NCBI GenBank assembly: GCA_046153705.1
Contig: JBJXGK010000076.1
Location: 1,247-65,246 of the forward strand
DNA from: Gemmatimonadaceae bacterium
GTDB taxonomy: Bacteria; Gemmatimonadota; Gemmatimonadetes; Gemmatimonadales; Gemmatimonadaceae
DNA: 64,000 nt
Direction: 5' to 3'
The notes below the pieces were generated by a model. That model was given only the letters and a program-made list of their open reading frames with translations. It made no database searches and had not been told where the DNA came from. Numbering within the stretch: position 1 is the first letter of the stretch; every line of letters begins with the position of its first letter. A program made the position numbers and the translations under genes. This document shows, in pieces, positions 25,068 through 34,528 of the stretch.

Positions 25068-27716
25068 TCAGCGGCGGCGACGGCCTCGGCGCGGGTCGAT
25101 GGGCGGGCGGCCATGCTGCTTCTTCTTCGGCCGACGCTCACGCTCATCGTCCATCCACGGCATCCGCAGCTCCTCCTGCACCTCGGCCAACGTCGCTCCG
25201 CGCACGGTCCCTCGAGCGCCACGCGTCACCACGAACCGCAACGGACGATCGAGCACCGGCAGCTCTTCCTCGACCAACGTGCGCGCGAGCTTCTCAGGCA
25301 TCTGCAAGCGCACGACGCCGAGGACGGTACCATCGGGCTGTTCTTCCACCTCGTAGTGCATCGCCACGGTGCGGTCGCGCAGCTCCACCGCGCCAGGCAG
25401 CGCCATCCACCGTGCTCGCTCTGCGGCGGGCACGAACGAGTCGGGATCGAACCGCAGCGATGCGGCGCGAAGCCCGTGGAGGTCGGTCACGTCGCGCAGT
25501 TGCTCCACGTACCACGCGGTGAGTTCCGGCAGCCCGAGCCGCGGTGTCCGTCCACCCGAGCGCCGATACACCTCGCGCACCTCGTCGATCGCGGGACGGT
25601 TGCGGGGGACCGCATGGTGCCGCGCCTCGAACTTCGCCAGACTCTCGGCGATCACCTGCCGCGCCTGCGCGAGGTGCTCCTCCGGGATGTCTTGCAGCGC
25701 CTCGCGCTCGAACTCCAGCTCGAACCCGAAGTACGACAGTTTCCGCTCCAGCGCGAGCGGATGGTCCCGCTTGGAGGGATCGTACACCAGCCGCGGCGGA
25801 TGTCGTTCCGCATAACGCCGCACCAGGTCGGCCGGCAACTGCGTGCCCTCGATCGCCGCGCGCGGCACGCCGAACTTGTCGGCGAAGTAACGCAACGTCC
25901 CCGCGATCACACCCCAGCTGCCGCACACGCTCGTCTTGGAGACCCGCGCTTCGTCACCGGTGACGGTCTGCTCATCGATCACCAACGAGAACGGCTGGAT
26001 CCGCGCCAACAACTCGACCCACTTCCGCTCCACCGCGGGCGAGACGCGCGGCATCTTCGTCGGCAGCGGCAGGCGCACCGCACGATAGATACTCGCCATC
26101 GCCAGTGCGGCGTCTTCCACCGCCTTCACCAACACCCCGCGTCCCTCGGCCCAGCGTTCGATGCTCGGGTCGAACAACTGCCGCGGCAGTCCGTACACCT
26201 CACCGAGGAAGCCGCACTTCTCGTACGCCTCAGCGTACACGTTGTAGGTGGAGAGATGGTCGCTCCCCGGCACGATGAGTCCGCTCAACTCGCGGTCCTC
26301 CCTCGTCATCCGGTGCAACGACTCCACGCTCGCCATCACCGCCACGTACGGCAGCAGTTCGTCGTCGCAGTGCACGAGCAGCTCGGCCCACGCACGATCG
26401 ACCGGCATCGCCTCCACCGACTTGCCGTAGGCGGTGAGTTTGCCCTGCTCCACGATGCCGCGCGATTCGAGGAACGCCAGCGCCGCGCGGTAACTCGTGC
26501 GGTCCAGCGCCACCGGCAGATCGAGCTCGTCCGCACGCACGCCGAGCGCGGCACAGGTGAGCGCGACGCGTTCGGAATCGCCGGCGAGCTGGAACTCGGG
26601 TGCCGTGGGCTCGAGCTTCTCGAACCGGATGTCGCGATCGCTGAGGATGAACACGCGACCGCCCGCCACGCGTCCATGCACCCGCCCGGCCATCTGCAGG
26701 ATCTCGTTGGCACCGAGGTGCAGACGCGTGAGCACGTTGCGGCCGTGTTCGACGACGTTGGTGAAGCGTGTGTCGTCGATCACCACGGTGTCGAGTCCGC
26801 GCACGTTGAGCGCACTCTGGCCGGCAGCGGTCATCGCGAGCAGGAACGGCTTCTCCACCTCTCCCTCCAGGAAGGGGCGGATCACGCGGATCGGTTCGCC
26901 ACCGTGGTAGAACGCGACCTGCATGCGCGGGTACCGTGCGCCCACATCGGAGGCGACTTCCTCCACGCCGGCGCGCGTCGGCAGGAACACGCCGATGCCG
27001 CGCTTCTCCTTGATCGCCTTCTGCAGGAAGCGGTCGTCGAGGAAATACACCGGCTTCTTGCGTTCCACTTCTACCTTCGCCGCCTTGGTGGGATCGAACG
27101 CACTCGATTCGATCACCTCCGCTGCGTGCAGATAGCGGGAGTAGAACGCCGGATCGACCGTGGCCGAGAGCCATATGAATCGGCAGCCGGTGCGTTTCCC
27201 GAGTGCGAGACACAGCTCCAACTCGGCGCTCGTCTGGTGGATCTCGTCGACCACGAGCGTGTCGTGCGGCCGGATGTCGCCGTCCTGGAACCATCGCCGC
27301 GCGATCCCGGTGGTGACGATCACGACGTTCCAGCTCGGTGTCTCGGGTGTCGCTTCGCGTTCACGGTTCACCACACCCACGCGCAGGGTGTCGGTGGCGA
27401 GCAGTGCTTTCGCGATCGGCTTCACTGCGAGCGTCTTGCCCGTACCCGTGCCGGCGACGATGCCGAAACCCTGTCGCGGCCGCTCGGTCGAGGTCGCGAG
27501 CCGTTCGGCGAGTTCGGTGAGATCGCCACCACGGGTCTTCCAGAGCAGCGTCTCGATGTCGAGCCCGAAGCCCAGCTCGATCGTCTCGCAGGCCGCACGC
27601 GTCGGCGCGATGACGATGATGCGGCCACGATCACCGCCGCCACGTACGAACGCATCGTGATCGGGCGGGAGGTACGGATCGCGGACCGGGCGTACCGGCT
27701 CGGGCGTGAGGGCTAC
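25068..27716 (-). CDS. HrpB-like DEAH/RHA SF2 helicase; start codon uncertain and probably non-canonical
   Basis: GTGTGKT, VVDEIH, WLSAT, VFLPTR and QMAGRVHGR. Walker A (27432-27452) lies upstream of the first in-frame GTG (27425), so the CDS must extend to about 27716. Confidence 0.85.
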   Translation of the reverse strand, partial: VALTPEPVRPVRDPYLPPDHDAFVRGGGDRGRIIVIAPTRAACETIELGFGLDIETLLWKTRGGDLTELAERLATSTERPRQGFGIVAGTGTGKTLAVKPIAKALLATDTLRVGVVNREREATPETPSWNVVIVTTGIARRWFQDGDIRPHDTLVVDEIHQTSAELELCLALGKRTGCRFIWLSATVDPAFYSRYLHAAEVIESSAFDPTKAAKVEVERKKPVYFLDDRFLQKAIKEKRGIGVFLPTRAGVEEVASDVGARYPRMQVAFYHGGEPIRVIRPFLEGEVEKPFLLAMTAAGQSALNVRGLDTVVIDDTRFTNVVEHGRNVLTRLHLGANEILQMAGRVHGRVAGGRVFILSDRDIRFEKLEPTAPEFQLAGDSERVALTCAALGVRADELDLPVALDRTSYRAALAFLESRGIVEQGKLTAYGKSVEAMPVDRAWAELLVHCDDELLPYVAVMASVESLHRMTREDRELSGLIVPGSDHLSTYNVYAEAYEKCGFLGEVYGLPRQLFDPSIERWAEGRGVLVKAVEDAALAMASIYRAVRLPLPTKMPRVSPAVERKWVELLARIQPFSLVIDEQTVTGDEARVSKTSVCGSWGVIAGTLRYFADKFGVPRAAIEGTQLPADLVRRYAERHPPRLVYDPSKRDHPLALERKLSYFGFELEFEREALQDIPEEHLAQARQVIAESLAKFEARHHAVPRNRPAIDEVREVYRRSGGRTPRLGLPELTAWYVEQLRDVTDLHGLRAASLRFDPDSFVPAAERARWMALPGAVELRDRTVAMHYEVEEQPDGTVLGVVRLQMPEKLARTLVEEELPVLDRPLRFVVTRGARGTVRGATLAEVQEELRMPWMDDERERRPKKKQHGRPPIDPRRGRRRR

Positions 27717-28255
27717 GGGAGCTCCGGCTTCTTCTTCGCAGGATCGGTCGGCGGCAGCTTCTCCGGCGGCTTCTCGGCCCGCACTGCCGGCGTACCGGCC
27801 GGCGCCGGCTTCGCCGCCGGTTTGGTGGTCTCGCGCTCACGCTCCGCACGGGCCGCCGCGCGTTTGTCGGCGTCGGATCTCAGATCGCGTTCCTGATCGC
27901 GCGACGTCGACTTGCCGCCCACGTTGGGCACCGCGACGCGGGACTCGCGCGTGCCAGGCGCACCGGATGATTCGCGCCCCACCGCGGGATCGAAGCGCCC
28001 CGCACTCCCGGACTTGAGCGGCGGTCCGTAGAGGATCACGCTGTTCGCGCTGCGCTGACGCAGTGCCGTCGCACAATCGGTCGCCGCCGGCTGCTGGGCG
28101 GGTGCCACGTCGGTGATCCAGATCCGGCACTTGCCGGCAGGCGGCAACATCGCCGCGGGCACAGTATCCCGCGAGCCAGGACGCACTTGCGCCGTCGCCG
28201 TCGTCGGGACGACCAGCAGAGCAACAGCAGCGGGGATCAAGGCGTGGCGCATCAT
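27713..28255 (-). CDS. Hypothetical secreted protein with a two-Cys motif and a low-complexity tail
   Basis: Signal peptide MMRHALIPAAVALLVVPTTATA; PPAGKCRIW...QPAATDC; charged and Pro/Ala-rich C-terminus. Confidence 0.7.
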   Translation of the reverse strand: MMRHALIPAAVALLVVPTTATAQVRPGSRDTVPAAMLPPAGKCRIWITDVAPAQQPAATDCATALRQRSANSVILYGPPLKSGSAGRFDPAVGRESSGAPGTRESRVAVPNVGGKSTSRDQERDLRSDADKRAAARAERERETTKPAAKPAPAGTPAVRAEKPPEKLPPTDPAKKKPELP

Positions 28256-28343
28256 CGGGACCGACGAGAGGATGACACAAGATACCCCCATCGCGTCGCG
28301 ACGTTCAGTCCGGCCACGCGGGACGGTGACTCGTCGCGCCACG

Positions 28344-29423
28344 TCAGTCACCGAAGGAGATGCCGACCGCTCGCGCCGTGCGCACGACGTCATGGTTGGG
28401 GTCCACACGCTTGGGCGCCGCCAACGCTTCGGTGATCGGCACCGTCACGATGTTCGGCGTCTGCAATGCGACCATATGTCCCCATTTACTGTCGGCGACG
28501 GCCTGTGTGGCGGCTCCACCGAACCGCGTCGCCAACAGCCGATCGTAGCCCGTCGGCATGCCACCGCGCTGGAGATGTCCGAGCACCATCGAACGGCACT
28601 CCTTGCCGGTGCGATCCTGGATCACCTTCGCCAGCCGCTGTGCGATGCCGCCCACACGACGATCCTGCCCCGGCAGGGATTCGCCCAGGATCGAGGCCTC
28701 GCCGCTCTCATCTGTCGCACCCTCAGCCACCACGACGATCGCGAACTTCCGTCCGCTGCGGTCCCGGTCCATCACCGCCTGGCAGATGTTGTCGATCCGC
28801 CACGGGATCTCGGGGATGAGCACCACGTCCGCGGTGCCCGAGAGCCCCGAGTGCAGTGCGATGAATCCCGCGTCGCGCCCCATCACTTCGAGGACCATCA
28901 CTCGGTCGTGGCTCTCCGCGGTGGTGTGCAACTTGTCGATCGCCTCGATCGCCGTCTGGACCGCGGTATCGAAACCGAACGTCGTCACCGTGCCTGAGAC
29001 GTCGTTGTCGATCGTCTTCGGCACACCCACGATGCGCATCCCCTTCTCCACCAATCGCTGCGCGATGGCGAGCGATCCGTCGCCACCGATCGAGATCATG
29101 GCCTGGATGCCGAGGTTGCGCGCATTCTCGATCAGCTCGTCGGAGCGGTCCACTTCGACCCACGACCCGTCAGCCTGCTGCTTGGGGAACGCGAACGGGT
29201 TCCCGCGGTTGGTCGTCCGCAGGATCGTGCCGCCCAAGTGCGCGATCCCGCGCACCGTGTCGGCCGTGAGCGGGATGACTTCGTCGTCACCGAGCAGTCC
29301 GGCGTACCCGCGCTTGATGCCGAGCACCGTCCAGCCGCGCGCGATGGCGGAGAGGGTCGCGGCACGGATGACGGCATTGAGGCCCGGCGCATCACCGCCG
29401 CCGGTGGAAATGGCGATTCGCAT
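28344..29423 (-). CDS. pfkA: 6-phosphofructokinase (PfkA family, probably ATP-dependent)
   Basis: TGGGDAPGLN, GGDGS, PKTIDND, EVMGRDAG and LGHLQRGG. Confidence 0.95.
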   Translation of the reverse strand: MRIAISTGGGDAPGLNAVIRAATLSAIARGWTVLGIKRGYAGLLGDDEVIPLTADTVRGIAHLGGTILRTTNRGNPFAFPKQQADGSWVEVDRSDELIENARNLGIQAMISIGGDGSLAIAQRLVEKGMRIVGVPKTIDNDVSGTVTTFGFDTAVQTAIEAIDKLHTTAESHDRVMVLEVMGRDAGFIALHSGLSGTADVVLIPEIPWRIDNICQAVMDRDRSGRKFAIVVVAEGATDESGEASILGESLPGQDRRVGGIAQRLAKVIQDRTGKECRSMVLGHLQRGGMPTGYDRLLATRFGGAATQAVADSKWGHMVALQTPNIVTVPITEALAAPKRVDPNHDVVRTARAVGISFGD

Positions 29424-29474
29424 CTGAGAAGACGGGAGAGAAGGAACGAGGTGGGGAGATCGGTGCGACGACGG

Positions 29475-29720
29475 TCAGCGCGTGTACGGCACACCCGCGA
29501 GGTTCGCGAGCTTGTAGATGACCGTATCCTGTTTCGCCACGACTTGTCGCAGCGAATCGAGCGTGAGCTGGAGTTCGGAGGTACGGTTGGCGAGTTCGGT
29601 CATGGTGTTCGCGATATCGAGCTGTTCCTGCATCTGGTCGAGCTGCACATTCGGGTCCTGATAACAGCTCGCGGTCACCAGCACGGTGGCGGCGAGCAGG
29701 AGGAGACGGGGCTTCGGCAT
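29475..29720 (-). CDS. Small coiled-coil lipoprotein (81 aa)
   Basis: MPKPRLLLLAATVLVTASC lipobox followed by a heptad-rich helix. Confidence 0.75.
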   Translation of the reverse strand: MPKPRLLLLAATVLVTASCYQDPNVQLDQMQEQLDIANTMTELANRTSELQLTLDSLRQVVAKQDTVIYKLANLAGVPYTR

Positions 29721-29733
29721 GAGAAGGTCCGGT

Positions 29734-30234
29734 GTGCAAGGTTTCGCGTACGGTCGCCCGGGCCAATCTACGCAACGTGACGGTTCCTCGTCACGGAGCG
29801 CCACGTTGTCCCGCCCCGGTCTCACCCTCGCCGAACTCGTCGTCACCTGCACCTTCCTTGCCCTGCTCGTCGCGGTCGCGGCCCCACGACTCTCGTATCT
29901 GTTCGACGGCATTCGCGTGGACCAAGCGGCGCACGAGGTCGCCGGCGCCCTCACCCTCGCCCGTGCCGCCGCGATCCGTCGCGCGCAATACACGCGGCTG
30001 GTCGTCGACGAACCCGCCGGCATCGTGCGTGTGGAGAGTGGCGCCGATACCCTGCTCCAGCGCGACCTGCGCGGTATCAATCACGTCACGCTGCGCGCGA
30101 GTCGCGATACCATCACGTACGCACCCAACGGACTCGGCCACGGCATCGCCAACTCCACCATCGTGGTCAGTATCGGCCAGCGGGCCGAAACGGTGACGGT
30201 CAGCCGCCTCGGACGGATGCGACGGTCGTGGTGA
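29734..30234 (+). CDS. GspH/FimT-like minor pseudopilin
   Basis: Prepilin-like G|LTLAELVV with Glu5, a hydrophobic helix and ALTLARAAAIRR; start uncertain. Confidence 0.8.
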   Translation: MQGFAYGRPGQSTQRDGSSSRSATLSRPGLTLAELVVTCTFLALLVAVAAPRLSYLFDGIRVDQAAHEVAGALTLARAAAIRRAQYTRLVVDEPAGIVRVESGADTLLQRDLRGINHVTLRASRDTITYAPNGLGHGIANSTIVVSIGQRAETVTVSRLGRMRRSW

Positions 30235-30262
30235 ACGCACGTCGCCTCTGCCGTGCGCCATG

Positions 30263-31501
<1,239 letters not shown>

Positions 31502-31506
31502 TGCCC

Positions 31507-32352
31507 TCAATCTAGCGGAACCCCTGCGAGCGCGCCGAGGATGAGGGCGTTGGTGCGCTCCGGCACCTCCTCCATCACCACGTGCCCGCCGTCCTGGATC
31601 CACGTGAGCCGACCCTGCGGCAGTGCCGCCGCGAGCGGTGCCGCATGCGTCGGACGTACAGTGCGATCGCGCGTCCCGAACACCACCTGCGTCGGCACCG
31701 AGCAGTCCATGAGTGCGGCCAGCTCCCAGGGACTCCAGTCGAACTCCTTGAGCATCTGCAGTTGCGCGCGCACCACGTCGGGGTTCTGCGTCGGCGCCCA
31801 ATACTCGTCCACGTCACGAGCGGAGAACCAACCCAGCTTGCCGTAGACGCGATGCTGCACGAGCTCCACCACTCGGCGGGGCACGAGGAGCGATGGAACA
31901 CTGCCGGGGAGCAGCGGCACCAACGGCGCGAGTGCCCGCCACGGGGGAATGAGGCCGAAGCCGACCGGGCCGAAGAGGAGCAGCGAGCGGATGCGCGCGG
32001 GAGAGCGCCGTGCCAACTCCAGCGCGACCTTTCCCGCCATCGACTGCGCCGCGAGCGCGGTCCGCGTGATCCCGAGCGCGTCGAAGGCCGCCTCGAGGTG
32101 CTCCACGAACCGATCGAGCGTGTACGCTCCTGCGCTTCCCGGTGCATCCGAGGCTCCGTGCCCCGGCAGGTCGAGCGACGTCACGCGATACCCGGCGGCA
32201 GCGAGCGGCAGGATGTTGTGCCGCCAGAGATACGAGCTCACGCCCCAGCCGTGCAACAGGACGATGGATGGGGCGTCGGCCGGGCCTGCGGTGAGCGCGC
32301 GCAGCGTGATCCCCGAGCGCAACGCGAGGCGCTGCACGGCGATCCCCGCCAC
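31507..32352 (-). CDS. Alpha/beta-fold hydrolase
   Basis: VLLHGWG, DLPGHG, AQSMAG nucleophile elbow and C-terminal GGHVVMEE. Confidence 0.88.
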   Translation of the reverse strand: MAGIAVQRLALRSGITLRALTAGPADAPSIVLLHGWGVSSYLWRHNILPLAAAGYRVTSLDLPGHGASDAPGSAGAYTLDRFVEHLEAAFDALGITRTALAAQSMAGKVALELARRSPARIRSLLLFGPVGFGLIPPWRALAPLVPLLPGSVPSLLVPRRVVELVQHRVYGKLGWFSARDVDEYWAPTQNPDVVRAQLQMLKEFDWSPWELAALMDCSVPTQVVFGTRDRTVRPTHAAPLAAALPQGRLTWIQDGGHVVMEEVPERTNALILGALAGVPLD

Positions 32353-32403
32353 ACCGGCGGGGAACCATTGATCGAGTGAGAGCCGCTCCAGTGCCCGACG
32401 CGC

Positions 32404-33540
32404 CTAGATCAGGTCGATCGGTCGTCCCGAGAGGCGTCCGATGAGTCCGATCCGGAACGTGACATCGCTCCACCGCTCATCTCCGCCGTGCACCGACTCG
32501 AGCGGATACATGGGCCACACGTACGGATCGGTGCTCTTCGGCATCGCGAGCCCCTTGTGCGGGTGCCACACGCCGTCGCGTCCACAATCATCGACGAAGC
32601 GCTCGTACATCTTCGTCCAGTTCTCATTGCGACGAAGGAAGCCGAGCCGCGCCATCAACTCGAGCCATGCGAGCGCGAACGGCACGTCCGCCTCGACCGC
32701 GTTGCGATGCGGCAGCAGATCGCCGAGCACGAGGTTCGGCATGTTGAGCAGCTGGGTGCCCACCTGCTGGACCGACTCCTGCCGTGGGAGTGGGCGCGTG
32801 AGGTACTCGTACAGCAGCTCCATCGCCTCGAAGTGCTCGCTCTGGAACAGCGGCATGTGGGCGAGGAGGTGCAGCGTCTGGATCGTGGGCGGATGCGCTT
32901 CAGGATGCAGGACCTGCTTGTTGCCCACGCGGATCCAAGGCTTTTCCGCGAGCGGCGAGCGCAGGAACTCCGCGACCCGGTCCAGCGCGCGACGCGCCAA
33001 TCCGCGCAGCCGAGGATCGCCTTCAAAGCCCGCGCCGGCGAGCGCCGCACCGGCGGACTCACGCAGCGTCCGGCGCTGCAACAGCGCGAACTCGTACTCG
33101 ACCTTCTTGGTGGGCAGGAACTCGTAGAGCTGCGAGCGGTCCATGTCCTCCGCGAGCAAGCGGAACAGCACGCGACGCGTGTGCACGAGCGGCGGCGCGT
33201 CCTTGTCCCATCCGCATTCGGTCAGTCGCCGGAACGCCGGGATGGTCCCGACGCCCTCGTAGTGCTCGGCGCGCTGCGACGGAATGGACAGCATCGACGC
33301 ATTCCACACGCCGTCAATCGCGGCCTGGCAGGCCAGCGTGAGCGCCTGCCGGTCCGTGTAAGGCAGGTTGAGCACGGCGGGACCGACCCTTGATCCAAGC
33401 TTCGCTACATCGATGATGGCGCGATACTGGATTGGTGCTGCCGCGTGATCAAGCAACCATCCGAGCGGAAACGTCACCGCCGGCGGGGGCGGTGGCGGCG
33501 GTGCAAAGATCGAGACGGGCGTAACGACGGGAATAGTCAA
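32404..33540 (-). CDS. Hypothetical protein, possibly an alpha/alpha-toroid fold, with an N-terminal poly-Pro run
   Basis: 378-aa helical, Trp-rich ORF; no motif I can assign firmly. Confidence 0.72.
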   Translation of the reverse strand: MTIPVVTPVSIFAPPPPPPPAVTFPLGWLLDHAAAPIQYRAIIDVAKLGSRVGPAVLNLPYTDRQALTLACQAAIDGVWNASMLSIPSQRAEHYEGVGTIPAFRRLTECGWDKDAPPLVHTRRVLFRLLAEDMDRSQLYEFLPTKKVEYEFALLQRRTLRESAGAALAGAGFEGDPRLRGLARRALDRVAEFLRSPLAEKPWIRVGNKQVLHPEAHPPTIQTLHLLAHMPLFQSEHFEAMELLYEYLTRPLPRQESVQQVGTQLLNMPNLVLGDLLPHRNAVEADVPFALAWLELMARLGFLRRNENWTKMYERFVDDCGRDGVWHPHKGLAMPKSTDPYVWPMYPLESVHGGDERWSDVTFRIGLIGRLSGRPIDLI

Positions 33541-33658
33541 CGAGAGATTCCGTGTCTAATGCGTTGCCAATCAACGGGATGGGAAGCCGCGGCCACACTT
33601 CTACCCCACGGGAACGCTAAGGATACCATTTTATGACAAAAGCGCCAGATTCCCCGCG

Positions 33659-34483
33659 ATGCGAGGTGAGTTCGTTGATATCGGGGGCCGACGCCTCTAC
33701 TACTACGCGGCGGGCTCCCGCGGGACAGCGGTTCCGGTGGTGTTCCTCCACGGGTTCCCCGTCGCCAGTCGTCTCTGGCATACCGTCACACGCGACTTCC
33801 CCGAACACCATCGGCTCGTCGTCTGCGATCTGCCGGGCTACGGGCGCTCTGAACCGTGCCCCGCCCCGGACTGCCCCGCGCTCGCCGCCGCAGTCCTCGC
33901 GCTCCTCGATGACCTGCACATCGATCGGGCCGCCGTCGTCGGACACGGAGTCGGAGGCGCCGTCGCGCAGGCCCTCGCCGTGGACGCACCGACGCGGGTC
34001 TCACATCTCGCCCTTCTCGACACCCCCGCGTTCGGTGTCTCGCCCAGGCGGCTCGATCGACTCGCGCGCCTGACCAGACTCCTCGGCCCCATCGCGCGCC
34101 GGCTGCCGCCGACACTGCTCGCCGGCCTCGTTCACGGCTCGGTCATCCGTGGCTTCGCGGTCCCGGAGCGCAGTCGGCTCACACTGGACGCGGGACTCCA
34201 GCCCTTCACCACCAGCGCCGGTCGCGATGCACTCATCACGCATCTCGTACGCCTCGACGACGACATCACCGCCACACTCAGTCCGCGACTCGCGTCGCTG
34301 AACATCCCCACGGCGATCCTCTGGGGCGCCGATGACACGTTCTATCCGTGCGCTCTCGCGGAGCGACTGCACCGGGCGATTCCCGGGTCCACGCTCGACG
34401 TCATCGCGGGCGCCGGACACTTCTTGCCCGAGGACGCTCCGGATCGTGTCATCACGCGGCTCACCGAGCTCCTCTGCCGCTGA
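33659..34483 (+). CDS. Alpha/beta-fold hydrolase
   Basis: FLHGFP, DLPGYG, VGHGVGG (no canonical Ser), ILWGADD and AGHFLPED. Confidence 0.88.
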   Translation: MRGEFVDIGGRRLYYYAAGSRGTAVPVVFLHGFPVASRLWHTVTRDFPEHHRLVVCDLPGYGRSEPCPAPDCPALAAAVLALLDDLHIDRAAVVGHGVGGAVAQALAVDAPTRVSHLALLDTPAFGVSPRRLDRLARLTRLLGPIARRLPPTLLAGLVHGSVIRGFAVPERSRLTLDAGLQPFTTSAGRDALITHLVRLDDDITATLSPRLASLNIPTAILWGADDTFYPCALAERLHRAIPGSTLDVIAGAGHFLPEDAPDRVITRLTELLCR

Positions 34484-34528
34484 GTCACCGACCGCCGTGC
34501 GCGCCGCGCGTACAGAACGCGCGCCGCG

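Noticed and set aside
25113-27896. 927-aa plus-strand ORF, and similar long ORFs such as 14068..15690, 35000..36238, 36507..38444, 46732..48522, 52633..54270 and 53637..55229
   Set aside because: They are antisense or off-frame shadows of well-supported genes in GC-rich DNA, Arg/Ala/His-rich with no motifs.
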